Of a DNA stretch of 64,000 bases, positions 23,260-32,879 are shown in pieces (position 1 is the stretch's first letter; each line of letters opens with the position of its first letter). The position numbers and the translations under genes were made by a program. Where the stretch lies: the NCBI GenBank assembly GCA_964655245.1, contig CAZZLQ010000003.1, positions 1,887-65,886 on the forward strand. The letters are read 5' to 3'. The notes under the pieces are model-generated. The model saw only the letters and a program-made list of their open reading frames with translations. It made no database searches and was not told where the DNA came from. Source of the stretch: an uncultured Bacteriovoracaceae bacterium. Lineage in GTDB: Bacteria > Bdellovibrionota > UBA2394.

Positions 23260-24741
23260 TTAACTCATTAGCTCTTCAAGCTGCTGAAGATCATCCGAAA
23301 AAACTCGATCGCCAGATCGGAACAATGACGGAACTTCAGACTGAAGCTGCTTCAAAAACTTCTCAACAGCCGGAGCAAATGAGGCCTTGGACTTTCGAGA
23401 CTCCAAAACACACGCTCGCACACCACAGAGAATCTCACCCGCCACCATTCGGCGCAAATTGGTCACCACAAGGTGTGCCTTTCGCGCAGCCCACGGCGCC
23501 ATGCTCACATGATCCTCTTGATTGCCGTTCGTGGAAATCGTATCCGCCGAAGCCGGAAACGCGAGCGTTTTGTTTTCACTCGCCAACGCCGACAAGGCCG
23601 TATGCACAATCATCAGCCCGCTCTCCACTCCGGGGCGATCCGCCAAAAAACTCGCCGATCGAGTTGTAGAGGGGTTAACCACCTGATCCACCCGTCTTTC
23701 AAGCAAATTCCCCATCGTCACCATCGCCATCGTCAGCAAATCAGACGCCATGCTCACCGACTGAGCATGAAAATGCCCACCCGACACAAGCTCTGATCCA
23801 ATCAAAACAGGATTGTCGGAAACGGAGTTGACCTCATCCTGCAAAATCTCCTCAGCTCGCTCCAAAATTGACAAGCAAGGACCCATCACCTGAGGAATAC
23901 ATCGAAACGAGTAGGCATCTTGAACGATCTCACAATCTTCATGAGATTTCATATGCTGAGAGCCCTTCAAAAGATCTCGAATCTGTTTGGCCACCATCTG
24001 CTGATGCGGATGTGCCTTCAACGAATGCAAATCCTCGCGATACACGGAATCCGTCGCTCGATGCCCTTCCACAGAAACAGCAATCGCATGAAGCATCCAA
24101 GGCCAAAGATCTTTGATCTCTCTCATTACCTGAAGCGAAAGCGCCAATGAAAACTGAGTACCATTGATGAGAGCCAATCCCTCTTTGGCATAAACTGTCA
24201 GGGGCTTGAGCTTCTTGGCTTTGAGCGCAGCTGCAGCTTTGAGCTTTCGATCTCCCACCCGAAACGCCCCTTCACCCATGAACGTCAAACCCAAATGCGC
24301 AAGAGGCGCCAAGTCTCCCGAAGCTCCCACACTTCCTTGAACCGGGATCCACGGAATCAAATCGTGATTAAGATAATCCAAATGCCGCTGAACCATTTGC
24401 GGAGAAAGACCTGAGTAGGATTTGCCAAGAGAAATCGCTCGAAGCAACAACAAACGACGCACCACCTCTTCAGAAGTAGGTTCGCCCATACCTGAAGCAT
24501 GCGAGCGCAGCAAATTCACCTGCAATTCATAGAGCGAATCCCCAGAAATTTTGACCTGAGCCAAACGACCAAAACCCGTATTCACTCCGTAAATCGCTTC
24601 ATTGGAGACCGCCAACGCCTGAACACGATCAAACGCACGTTGGCACTTTTGTGCAGCCTTGGTGGAGAGTTTAAAGCTGCTCTCACCCAGAATTTCTTCA
24701 ACTTCATCGACGGTAAATTTTGATTGAGGCTCCAGGATCAT
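23260..24741 (-). CDS. hutH: histidine ammonia-lyase
   Basis: 493 aa; MIO-forming 'GSVGASGDLAPLAHL' (Ala-Ser-Gly) motif and overall HAL conservation. Confidence 0.9.
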   Translation of the reverse strand: MILEPQSKFTVDEVEEILGESSFKLSTKAAQKCQRAFDRVQALAVSNEAIYGVNTGFGRLAQVKISGDSLYELQVNLLRSHASGMGEPTSEEVVRRLLLLRAISLGKSYSGLSPQMVQRHLDYLNHDLIPWIPVQGSVGASGDLAPLAHLGLTFMGEGAFRVGDRKLKAAAALKAKKLKPLTVYAKEGLALINGTQFSLALSLQVMREIKDLWPWMLHAIAVSVEGHRATDSVYREDLHSLKAHPHQQMVAKQIRDLLKGSQHMKSHEDCEIVQDAYSFRCIPQVMGPCLSILERAEEILQDEVNSVSDNPVLIGSELVSGGHFHAQSVSMASDLLTMAMVTMGNLLERRVDQVVNPSTTRSASFLADRPGVESGLMIVHTALSALASENKTLAFPASADTISTNGNQEDHVSMAPWAARKAHLVVTNLRRMVAGEILCGVRACVLESRKSKASFAPAVEKFLKQLQSEVPSLFRSGDRVFSDDLQQLEELMS

Positions 24742-24789
24742 AACGCCTAAAGTAAGCCAAACAGACCGGAAAGAGAAGGAAGGGTTTTT

Positions 24790-26154
24790 GTGATCTACGA
24801 CAATATTCTCAAAACAATCGGGGACACCCCCATCGTCAAACTCAATCGCCTGACGGCGGGTCTTCCCACGGATCTCTACGCCAAAGTCGAGTATTTTAAT
24901 CCCGGCTCAAGCGTAAAAGATCGAATGGCAATCAAGATCATCGAGGAAGCCGAACGTCGAGGGGAACTCAAACCTGGCGGAACGATTGTCGAGGCAACGT
25001 CTGGAAATACAGGAATGGGACTTGCGCTGATTTCTGCTGTTCGCGGATACAAAGCGATTTTTGTGATGCCCGACAAAATGTCGATCGAAAAAATTCAAGC
25101 TCTTCGCGCCTTTGGCGCCAAAGTCGTGGTCACTCCGACCAATGTTGAGCCCGAAGATCCTCGCTCTTATTATTGCGTGGCCAAGCGCATCGCTCAGGAA
25201 ACGCCTAATGCATTTTACTCCAATCAATATCACAATCCCGACAATCCCAAAGCTCACTATGAAAGCACGGGTCCTGAAATTTGGAAGCAAACCGACGGCA
25301 AGATCACTCACTTCATTACTGGCATGGGGACGGGCGGAACGATTTCGGGTGTGGGAAAATATCTCAAAGAAAAAAACCCGAACATTAAGATTGTTGGCGT
25401 AGATCCGGAAGGTTCTGTTTATACAGAGTTCAAAAAGACGGGCAAAATGGGGCCAGCTTGGGTCTATAAGGTCGAAGGTATTGGAGAGGACTTTATGCCC
25501 TCGACCATCGACTTCAAATATATAGATGAGGTCGTCACCGTGAATGATACCGAGTCCTTTCAATACACTCGAAAGCTCGCTCGAATGGAGGGCCTCTTCT
25601 GCGGAGTTTCCTGCGGAGCGGCCATGGCGGGAGCGGTCAAATGGGCTCGCCAGCAAAAAGGACCTTCTTTCCCGGTCGTACTCCTGCCCGATTCAGGGTC
25701 TCGATATCTCAGCAAAGTCTACAACGATGACTGGATGAGAGAAAACGGCATGCTCGAAGATGCGGAAGTGTTGGTTGCTGATTTCTTCAAAGCACCCAGC
25801 AAACTCATTACATGTAAGCCGAAAGATCTTGCCAAGGATTGCATTGCAAACTTCAAAACTCACGGGATTTCACAAATGCCTGTGATTAACGACGATGGCT
25901 CACTCTTTGGAATCATCGCCGAGTACGATCTGATGCAAGGAGTGATCGGTGGATCCGCAAATCTCACTAAAGCCATCGAACCCTTTGTCGTTCGAGATGT
26001 GGAAACTGTAACCCCACAGTCGCCCCTTCAGAAGGCTCAAGAGATTCTCAAAAAAGATCGAGTGCCCGTGGTCTTGGACAAAGGCAAAGTAGTCGGGGTC
26101 ATCACCAAGATTGATCTACTCGAGTATCTAGCTCAAAGGAGTTTTAACGGATGA
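24790..26154 (+). CDS. cystathionine beta-synthase (PLP-dependent CysK-like domain + tandem CBS domains)
   Basis: 454 aa; 'NPGSSVKDRMA' PLP-lysine motif, 'GTGGTISG' glycine loop, C-terminal CBS pair; 4-nt overlap with downstream gamma-lyase. Confidence 0.85.
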   Translation: MIYDNILKTIGDTPIVKLNRLTAGLPTDLYAKVEYFNPGSSVKDRMAIKIIEEAERRGELKPGGTIVEATSGNTGMGLALISAVRGYKAIFVMPDKMSIEKIQALRAFGAKVVVTPTNVEPEDPRSYYCVAKRIAQETPNAFYSNQYHNPDNPKAHYESTGPEIWKQTDGKITHFITGMGTGGTISGVGKYLKEKNPNIKIVGVDPEGSVYTEFKKTGKMGPAWVYKVEGIGEDFMPSTIDFKYIDEVVTVNDTESFQYTRKLARMEGLFCGVSCGAAMAGAVKWARQQKGPSFPVVLLPDSGSRYLSKVYNDDWMRENGMLEDAEVLVADFFKAPSKLITCKPKDLAKDCIANFKTHGISQMPVINDDGSLFGIIAEYDLMQGVIGGSANLTKAIEPFVVRDVETVTPQSPLQKAQEILKKDRVPVVLDKGKVVGVITKIDLLEYLAQRSFNG

Positions 26155-27320
26155 AAATTCCAAAAGATTCAAAGATTGAAACTATCGCTATCCACGCCGG
26201 CCAAGAACCCGATCCATTGACCGGCGCCATCATGACGCCGATTTATCAGACCTCCACCTATGTGCAGGCAGGTCCTGGAGTACACAAGGGCTATGAGTAC
26301 GCTCGCTCACGAAATCCCACCCGAGAAGCACTTGAAAAAAACCTAGCCGCTCTTGAGGGCGGAGAGTTTGGGCTGGCTTTCTCGAGTGGCTGCGGCGCCA
26401 TGACGTCGATCCTCCATTGCTTTCAAACGGGAGATCACTTTGTTGTTTGTGATGATGTCTACGGTGGAACCTTCCGCTTGTTTGATAAGGTTTTCAAAAA
26501 ATGTGGCTACAGTTTTACCTATGTCGATATGACCAAACCCGAGTTGGTGGAAAAGGCCATCACGCCTCAGACCAAACTTCTTTGGGTGGAAACTCCCACC
26601 AACCCCCTGCTGAAGATCATTGATATTCAAAAGATGGTGGAAATCGCCAAAGCTAAGTCCTCGGGAAACACGAAGATCAAAGTTCTCGTCGATAACACCT
26701 TTGCGTCCCCTATTTTGCAGCAGCCCATCACGATGGGTGCCGACTATGTTTTGCAATCCACGACCAAGTATCTCGGAGGCCACTCCGACGTGATCGGCGG
26801 CTTTGTTTCGTGCAAAGATGAAGAAACTTACAAACTTCTCAAGTTTACTCAGAATGCCGTGGGCGCAACACCCGGACCCTTTGACTGCTTCCTTGTGATG
26901 CGAGGAACAAAAACTTTGGCCGTTCGAATGGATCGTCACAATCAAAACGCAATGGCCGTGGCGCGCTTTTTGGAAAAGCATCCCAAAGTGGAGAAGGTTT
27001 TCTATCCAGGACTTGAAAGTCACCCTCAATACGCTCTGGCCAAGAAACAAATGAAGGGCTTTGGCGGAATGATGAGCTTTGTGATCAAAGGCGGACTTCC
27101 TCAGGCTCGGTCACTTTTGGAGAAGGTCAAAATTTTTGCCTGTGCGGAAAGCCTTGGAGGCGTTGAAAGTCTGATTGAACATCCCGCCATCATGACTCAT
27201 GCGTCTGTGCCCAAAGAGATCCGCGAGGCCAATGGAATCTCCGATGGCTTGATTCGAATTTCAGTCGGCGTTGAGAACATTAATGATTTGATTGCAGACC
27301 TTGAACAGGCCATGAAATGA
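26151..27320 (+). CDS. cystathionine gamma-lyase/gamma-synthase family PLP enzyme
   Basis: 389 aa; Cys/Met metabolism PLP family, 'QSTTKYLGGHSDVIGG' PLP-Lys motif; operon with CBS implies reverse transsulfuration. Confidence 0.85.
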   Translation: MKIPKDSKIETIAIHAGQEPDPLTGAIMTPIYQTSTYVQAGPGVHKGYEYARSRNPTREALEKNLAALEGGEFGLAFSSGCGAMTSILHCFQTGDHFVVCDDVYGGTFRLFDKVFKKCGYSFTYVDMTKPELVEKAITPQTKLLWVETPTNPLLKIIDIQKMVEIAKAKSSGNTKIKVLVDNTFASPILQQPITMGADYVLQSTTKYLGGHSDVIGGFVSCKDEETYKLLKFTQNAVGATPGPFDCFLVMRGTKTLAVRMDRHNQNAMAVARFLEKHPKVEKVFYPGLESHPQYALAKKQMKGFGGMMSFVIKGGLPQARSLLEKVKIFACAESLGGVESLIEHPAIMTHASVPKEIREANGISDGLIRISVGVENINDLIADLEQAMK

Positions 27321-28111
27321 AAGAACTCAAGGTTGCCATCACTGCAGCGAGAGCTGCTGCCAAAATTATCAACAAGTTTTACGGCAAAAAGTTCAAGGTC
27401 AAACGCAAAGGCGAAATCGATCTTGTCACTGAAGTCGATGAGCGAGCGCAAAAAGAAATTTGCCGAGTGATCTGGAAAGCCTTTCCTAAGGATGCCATTT
27501 TGGCTGAGGAGTTTGAACTCTCTAAAACAGCCGGGGCTGCTCGCCGCTGGATCGTGGATCCGATTGATGGAACCACAAACTTTGCGCATGGCTATCCCAA
27601 GTTCTGCGTCTCGATTGCGTTTGAAAAAAACGGAGAGCTTGAGTGCGGCGTGATTCTTGATCCTGTGATGAAGGAAGTTTTTACGGCCGCTCGAGGAAAG
27701 GGCGCCTTTCTCAACGGCAAGAGATTAAAAATTTCAAAAGCACAAACGCTCAAGGAATCCCTACTCGTTACTGGATTTCCTTATGATCTTGATGATCCTC
27801 GAAAAAACAATATTCCGTTTTTCCTCCATATGATTCGAAAGGCGCAAGCCATTCGTCGCGATGGATCCGCAGCACTCAATCTTGCGTATGTGGCCGCTGG
27901 TCGATTTGATGGATTTTGGGAATTGGGACTCAACGCTTGGGACGTGGCCGCTGGTATTCTTCTGGTCAAAGAGGCGGGCGGTGAAGTCCGACACATCACA
28001 GGTCGCGCCAATAGAATTTCTGATCCCGAGTTGATTGCCGGCAACACCTTGATTGCTCAGCAACTGACAACGGAATGTTCCAAGGTCTCTGAGATTCAAA
28101 GATATTCTTAG
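27317..28111 (+). CDS. inositol monophosphatase family protein (SuhB-like)
   Basis: 264 aa; 'WIVDPIDGTTNF' and 'WDVAAG' IMPase motifs. Confidence 0.8.
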   Translation: MKELKVAITAARAAAKIINKFYGKKFKVKRKGEIDLVTEVDERAQKEICRVIWKAFPKDAILAEEFELSKTAGAARRWIVDPIDGTTNFAHGYPKFCVSIAFEKNGELECGVILDPVMKEVFTAARGKGAFLNGKRLKISKAQTLKESLLVTGFPYDLDDPRKNNIPFFLHMIRKAQAIRRDGSAALNLAYVAAGRFDGFWELGLNAWDVAAGILLVKEAGGEVRHITGRANRISDPELIAGNTLIAQQLTTECSKVSEIQRYS

Positions 28112-28151
28112 AAACAATCGGCTCATCAGGCTTGCTACTCCGTTCGAAGAC

Positions 28152-28167
28152 ACAGACATGTGTCTGT
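28152..28167. promoter_or_regulatory. perfect 16-bp palindrome ACAGACATGTGTCTGT upstream of pilin-like cassette 1 (candidate operator)
   Basis: Read directly from the sequence; located 45 bp after the suhB-like stop and ~150 bp before cassette 1; no T-run follows, so it is not a typical terminator. Confidence 0.3.
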
Positions 28168-28191
28168 CGACTGCCCTGCGTAGAGAGCCCT

Positions 28192-28220
28192 TTGACAGTC
28201 AGTTTAAGAGTTTATAAACT
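28192..28220 (+). promoter_or_regulatory. possible sigma-70-type promoter (TTGACA-N17-TAAACT) for cassette 1
   Basis: TTGACA at 28192-28197, 17-nt spacer, TAAACT at 28215-28220. Confidence 0.25.
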
Positions 28221-28288
28221 GCCATTTTATTCATTCGTTTCAATAGTTTAGACGTCTTTCACCCTAAACTCACGCCCGCCTCCCCCTG

Positions 28289-28304
28289 TGGAGATCAACT
28301 TGCA
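28289..28304 (+). promoter_or_regulatory. sigma-54-type -24/-12 element (TGGagaTCAACTTGCA) before modular pilin 1
   Basis: GG at 28290-28291 and GC at 28302-28303 separated by exactly 10 nt, perfect TTGCA -12 box; lies just upstream of the ATG at 28318. Confidence 0.35.
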
Positions 28305-28317
28305 AATCCACTCTGGC

Positions 28318-31059
28318 ATGAGGCGTCTGTGGTTGAATATCAGCATTTCTCGGTTCAGACTTTCCCAAAGCGGATTCAGTCTCGTTGAACTGCTCATGAG
28401 TCTTTCAGCACTCTTTGTCATCATCGGACTGAGTGTTCTCGGACTCAATCATCTTCGCTCAGGGCAATCGTTCATCATCAAACAAAATCGATTTCTTTCA
28501 GAGCTAGCCAAAGTCAAAGAAATCATTCGAGACGACATCCGAGTCGCTCTCTTAAACAATGGCTATACTTCAACAGAGGGCTTCGACGACCCAACAGCAG
28601 ATCAGTTTTACTTTGGCCTTGGAACGCAGACTCAAACAACGTCCCAACCTCAACTTCAAATCTTCAAGCCCCTCCATCAATCGCTGACAGTGCCTGTTTC
28701 TATTGCGGGCAATCAAGCAACCCTGACCACGATCCCCCGACTACGAGATTCGAGCGACCCACAGGCGACTCAACTTGCACAGTATTGGATTTCGGCTCTG
28801 CAAGAAGCAAAGTTCTTTACGATCACCAATGCGAGAAAAACAACTCTCATTGAAAAAGGCGCCGTTTCGGAAGCAGAGGAAGGTCCGTCGCTTGAAGCCA
28901 TTGGTGACACTCCTTTGAGCGAGGGAAACTCTGACTTTGTCAACTCAAGCAATCTCATTCGAACAGCTGAGAAGATCGAGTACTCATTTTCAGATCTCGA
29001 TGGAAGAATCACTCGAAAGAACCAGGCTCGAATCGATCAATCTGAGAACGTTGTTCTTCTTGAACGAGTTCGATCATTCAAAGTGGGCTACACCTTTCGA
29101 GACATGGACAGCGCCGGCATGATCATCCCTCGGCGGCCAAGTGAACCTTTGACTGCCGAGAATCTCCCCAACTCCTTTCAAGACGCCTGGAGTACACCCG
29201 ATGAAACCGGCCGAACCTGCCTCGTTGATGGACAGTTCGATCCTAGTAAGTGCGTCCAATCAAAACACATTGATCGAGTCTTTGTCAGAATCGAAGTTGA
29301 AACAGATTTCCCGCTGAGTTCCATTCCAACTCAAGCGAGCGACTATCAAGACATGAACATTCGCTGGGATCTCTCAACTGCCGATGGCAGAGCGATAGCC
29401 ATCGTGGACTTTCAAACTCAACCTGAAAACTTCAATCACCTGAGCGCTGGTCTCTTATCCTCAGGAACGAGTGTGAGCTGTTCGCCGACCCTTGAGAACC
29501 GATGCACACCCTCTTGCTCCAGCGCGTTTACTAATCCCAATCGCAATTCCAACGATTGGATTGGCTACGGCCGACACATTGGCCACCCCCATGGAGCCTC
29601 GAGCTACTGCCAATGCTGGACAAATCCCTCCAACCCAGCAGATGTTTCGATCGGAGATTGGAGTCGAGTGCCCACAATCAACTCCTGGATCAACGCCTCG
29701 CTCAGCGATCGAGATCGACTCACCGCCTGTGGCAAAGAGTACGGCTGTCACCATCCTGAGTCTTACAAACTCTTCGAAAGGAACCCCGCTTACCGACTGG
29801 CTTGCGGATGCTTGAGATCTTCAGACTCAATTCAAACGGATAACTACTACGTCAATCGCACAAGCGAGAATGCTCCCAAGTTTGAAAGCACAACGAGTCC
29901 AGAGCTTTTGGGCCATACACTCAACTCAACGCTGAGCTTGACCGATCCATCACTCTCAACGCTGAATCCGCTGAACCGATCTCTTCGCTGCGTAAACTAT
30001 CAGGCTTGCGATGCAGCCATGAATGCCTACTTTGGCGCCGGAACCTCAAACGGTCTTTTCATCAACCGCTGCCAATGCCTTAGCAATGACATCTCTGTGA
30101 AATGTGATACTCAAGCCATCAACGCCAACCCCAGCTCGATGACGGAGGAATGCAAAATGGCTCAAGGCGAGCCGATTAGTCCCTCGCACATCAACTACGC
30201 CAAAGTATGTAATCGAGATTTCCGAAATGGCACCGGCCCGATGACCTGCGCAAACACATGGAGCTCGACAGCTGGCCCCACCGCACCGAGTACAGTCCAG
30301 CCACCGTTTACAGGTGTGAGCATCACGGCGTGGAATCAAATCCCTATCAACAGTGACGTCACTGCTTTCAATCAAGCCACTCAAGAAGGTGGTGTGTATC
30401 AATTCCTATCGACGGGCTCGATCGATTTTAGTTCCAAGCTCGGAATCTCTCGAAGCGTTGCCGACGCTTGTGAGTGCCTCGAGAAGAAGATTCAAGGAGT
30501 CTTTGTTTCCGGCACAAATCAAACATCAACCTATGATTCTCTTACAGAGAATGAGCTGAGATCTTTTGCCTACCAAAACCTCAGCATCCTAGACTTTCGC
30601 CAGCCGCTTTTGAATCCACCCGCTGGAGCGCCCAGCTCTGCGCAACAAGACCGAAGCACTTTTGCATCTTATACGGACTCTCAACCATCCTCGTACAAAG
30701 CTATCTCAGCCTGCTCAGTCTTGGGAGATCCCAATGCTCCGTGCTTCAGCGTTGGAGCAGTCACTCCGACCGCGGGCTCGAAATCCTGTGGCCAATACTT
30801 TTGCAGCAACGTCACCGGCTCGGGACCGGGCTGCTGCACGATACCCAAGCCAGCAGCTCACAGCGCGATTGTTGATTCACTTGAAGCATGGAGTGGATTT
30901 TGCCACTCGAGCTGTCAGATTTTTAGCTCGACGCATCCGGCATTCAATCACGACGAAGTGGATGCCATTCGACGATGGATGACGGGAACTGCCGCAGGAG
31001 AGGAACTGCCAATCACCTGCGGTGGCAATGTTTCCGGCGATTCGCAACAGGCGTTTTAG
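28318..31059 (+). CDS. giant modular type IV pilin-like protein 1 (prepilin-type N-terminus, Cys-rich secreted C-terminal modules)
   Basis: ORF track frame 28288..31059; probable start is the ATG at 28318, giving leader 'MRRLWLNISISRFRLSQSG|FSLVELLMSLSALFVIIGLSVLGL' (G-1, E+5, hydrophobic helix = class III prepilin signal); paralogous to the 32880 and 37554 genes (shared blocks IFKPLHQSLTVPV, FRVGYTF, WIGYGR.GHP.GAS.YC.CWT, YxLACxCL, RCQCLS). Confidence 0.6.
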   Translation: MRRLWLNISISRFRLSQSGFSLVELLMSLSALFVIIGLSVLGLNHLRSGQSFIIKQNRFLSELAKVKEIIRDDIRVALLNNGYTSTEGFDDPTADQFYFGLGTQTQTTSQPQLQIFKPLHQSLTVPVSIAGNQATLTTIPRLRDSSDPQATQLAQYWISALQEAKFFTITNARKTTLIEKGAVSEAEEGPSLEAIGDTPLSEGNSDFVNSSNLIRTAEKIEYSFSDLDGRITRKNQARIDQSENVVLLERVRSFKVGYTFRDMDSAGMIIPRRPSEPLTAENLPNSFQDAWSTPDETGRTCLVDGQFDPSKCVQSKHIDRVFVRIEVETDFPLSSIPTQASDYQDMNIRWDLSTADGRAIAIVDFQTQPENFNHLSAGLLSSGTSVSCSPTLENRCTPSCSSAFTNPNRNSNDWIGYGRHIGHPHGASSYCQCWTNPSNPADVSIGDWSRVPTINSWINASLSDRDRLTACGKEYGCHHPESYKLFERNPAYRLACGCLRSSDSIQTDNYYVNRTSENAPKFESTTSPELLGHTLNSTLSLTDPSLSTLNPLNRSLRCVNYQACDAAMNAYFGAGTSNGLFINRCQCLSNDISVKCDTQAINANPSSMTEECKMAQGEPISPSHINYAKVCNRDFRNGTGPMTCANTWSSTAGPTAPSTVQPPFTGVSITAWNQIPINSDVTAFNQATQEGGVYQFLSTGSIDFSSKLGISRSVADACECLEKKIQGVFVSGTNQTSTYDSLTENELRSFAYQNLSILDFRQPLLNPPAGAPSSAQQDRSTFASYTDSQPSSYKAISACSVLGDPNAPCFSVGAVTPTAGSKSCGQYFCSNVTGSGPGCCTIPKPAAHSAIVDSLEAWSGFCHSSCQIFSSTHPAFNHDEVDAIRRWMTGTAAGEELPITCGGNVSGDSQQAF

Positions 31060-31073
31060 AAAGGAAGTGGGTG

Positions 31074-32702
31074 ATGCTTTTGAGATTTCAGCGGAGAATT
31101 CAAAATCGAGGACTTGCGATAATCACAGCGCTTGGCTTTCTTGCGTTGAGCTTGGGAATGGTTTTGTCACTTGCCTTCATGACCACTCGATTCAAAATGG
31201 AATCACGCTACTATGCGAGTCAGATTCACACTCAGATCGAAATCAAAGATCTCGCCAACCGAGTCCGAAAGGCTCTGCTTGCCGACGTGCAAGAGGCGAT
31301 AGCCACTTCTCGCGAACTTGATCTTGATCAGCTAAGAATTCAAATCGAAACTCAGATACAACAAGATGACCCCCATCAAACAAGTCCCTTCAAACTTTTG
31401 AGTTTACGCTGCATCGGCCAGGGAAGCTCTCCCAATGGTCTGTGCGATTCAAGTTCCGTTCTCCCTAAAATCTTTGACTTCAGCGTCCAAACAACCGATC
31501 GAGCAACGTCAGCGAACTCCCTGGTGAGCGCTGAGGTCCAAGTTCAAAATGCAGGACTAAGTTCATATGCCTTCCTCATCAAAAACGAAATGCGCCCCTC
31601 AGTAAGCCTCGGATCTGCTGTGTTTGCAGGGCTTTTTGGTATCAACTTCAATCGTCCGGCAGAGGAAGGCGAATTCGAAAGAAGAAGAATCAGATTTGAA
31701 ACACAGAATGGGGACATTACCTTTCAGAATGCTTTTGTGACAAATCTCAGCAGCCCGCAAGAGCAATTCGTCATTCCCAACGCCTCGCGAGTCCGCTTCG
31801 AGCAAGGAATCATCTCAAATCCCGAGGGAGTAAACTTCCAAAGCATTGATAACCTGTTTCCTCAGCTCAAGTCAGCGGCAGAAGATCTCAAGAATACAGC
31901 AGCCATCGGTGGCGAGCAAACATCACCTGAGTGCTCAAGAGTTGTCTTTCATGCAAACAGCTCGGCATTTGATTATTTTGAGTACATCGATCGAGATTGT
32001 TCCATTCCAAATTCAGCAGCGCAGCCCAATGGACCTATTCTCGGCAAAGCGATTGCCTCCAATGAAGTGATTTATGCTCGCGGCAACAAAGTGATTTTGG
32101 AAACTCAAAATCCCGACGGAAGGACAGGAATTGATAATATTGGAATTGTCGCGGATGGAAATGTGCATTTGCATTCATCGATTAGGCGCTCAGCCGCACT
32201 TGATCCTCTCAGCGGATTTCCATCTGTGATATCTCCCAAAGACCTGATTGTCAGTGCTGAAATGAGATCGCTCCTTCCGGGCAATCCAAGACTTCGTGAT
32301 ATCAGCGCCATTCCAGCAAATCATGACGAGCCCACGATTCAAGTCGATCTGAGTTACATCTCGGTCTCCAATGGAATCAGTAGCGGCTCACTTCAGGTGG
32401 ATCCTGCTCTACTCTCTGCAAGCCATCTGAGCGAAGCAACCGATTTGGGGAGAGCGAAGTTTTCTGGGCTCTACATCAGCGATCAAACACCGACGACACG
32501 AATGCTCTTTCCTGGCAGCGCATCTGTGGAAGGATTCTCTGAAACCGAATGGTCATACCCCTCAGCACTTTCAGCCGTTTCAACCGATTGGTTTAGAACT
32601 CAATTGGCAGGGGGCGCTCTTCAAGCACACGTCACTCGATACGAGATTCAAACCACTCAAATTCAAGAAGCTTTAGGCAGATTTTCAAACTCAGGCCACT
32701 AA
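31074..32702 (+). CDS. PilX-N-like transmembrane protein 1 (large PilX/minor-pilin-associated family), coupled to modular pilin 1
   Basis: Start ATG 31074 preceded by SD AAGGAAG (31061-31067), 14 nt after the pilin stop; N-terminus 'RRIQNRGLAIITALGFLALSLGMVLSLAF' resembles the PilX N-terminal domain; paralogous to the 35725 and 40424 genes (CIGQGS, NYAFLIKNE, IAIVADG, QVDLSYIS, GLYISDQTPTTR, WTYPxALSA..TDWFRTQL.GGAL). Confidence 0.55.
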   Translation: MLLRFQRRIQNRGLAIITALGFLALSLGMVLSLAFMTTRFKMESRYYASQIHTQIEIKDLANRVRKALLADVQEAIATSRELDLDQLRIQIETQIQQDDPHQTSPFKLLSLRCIGQGSSPNGLCDSSSVLPKIFDFSVQTTDRATSANSLVSAEVQVQNAGLSSYAFLIKNEMRPSVSLGSAVFAGLFGINFNRPAEEGEFERRRIRFETQNGDITFQNAFVTNLSSPQEQFVIPNASRVRFEQGIISNPEGVNFQSIDNLFPQLKSAAEDLKNTAAIGGEQTSPECSRVVFHANSSAFDYFEYIDRDCSIPNSAAQPNGPILGKAIASNEVIYARGNKVILETQNPDGRTGIDNIGIVADGNVHLHSSIRRSAALDPLSGFPSVISPKDLIVSAEMRSLLPGNPRLRDISAIPANHDEPTIQVDLSYISVSNGISSGSLQVDPALLSASHLSEATDLGRAKFSGLYISDQTPTTRMLFPGSASVEGFSETEWSYPSALSAVSTDWFRTQLAGGALQAHVTRYEIQTTQIQEALGRFSNSGH

Positions 32703-32814
32703 GGTCGCCTGAGCAATACCTACCGTCTCTGCAAGCTCATTCAAAGTCGGGCAAAACGGCCCGACCCTTATTCTAAGGGAATGGCTTTCTTGCCGGTTTT
32801 AAGCCGAAACAGCC

Positions 32815-32832
32815 TAGGCACCGGTTTTGCAA
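32815..32832 (+). promoter_or_regulatory. sigma-54 promoter (TAGGCACCGGTTTTGCAA) before modular pilin 2
   Basis: GGCAC-N5-TTGCA with GG (32817-32818) and GC (32829-32830) 10 nt apart; near-consensus -24/-12 element ~48 nt upstream of the ATG at 32880. Confidence 0.55.
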
Positions 32833-32879
32833 TCTCTAAACCTTGGTGTTGCAATAGGCGTGGCGACAGGAGTCGCCGA

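Noticed and set aside
28288-28317. ORF-track start (GTG 28288, 'MEINLQIHSG') for modular pilin 1, and similar long N-terminal extensions at 32781, 30975 and 35626
   Set aside because: The extensions lack RBSs, overlap the predicted promoters or the upstream gene in another frame, and would bury the prepilin-like leader. Downstream ATGs (28318, 32880, 31074, 35725) give short basic leaders and, for three of them, good SD sequences.
28311-28326. TGGCATG at 28313 as a sigma-54 -24 box
   Set aside because: No GC dinucleotide at the required +10 spacing and no TTGC box; it also overlaps the start codon.
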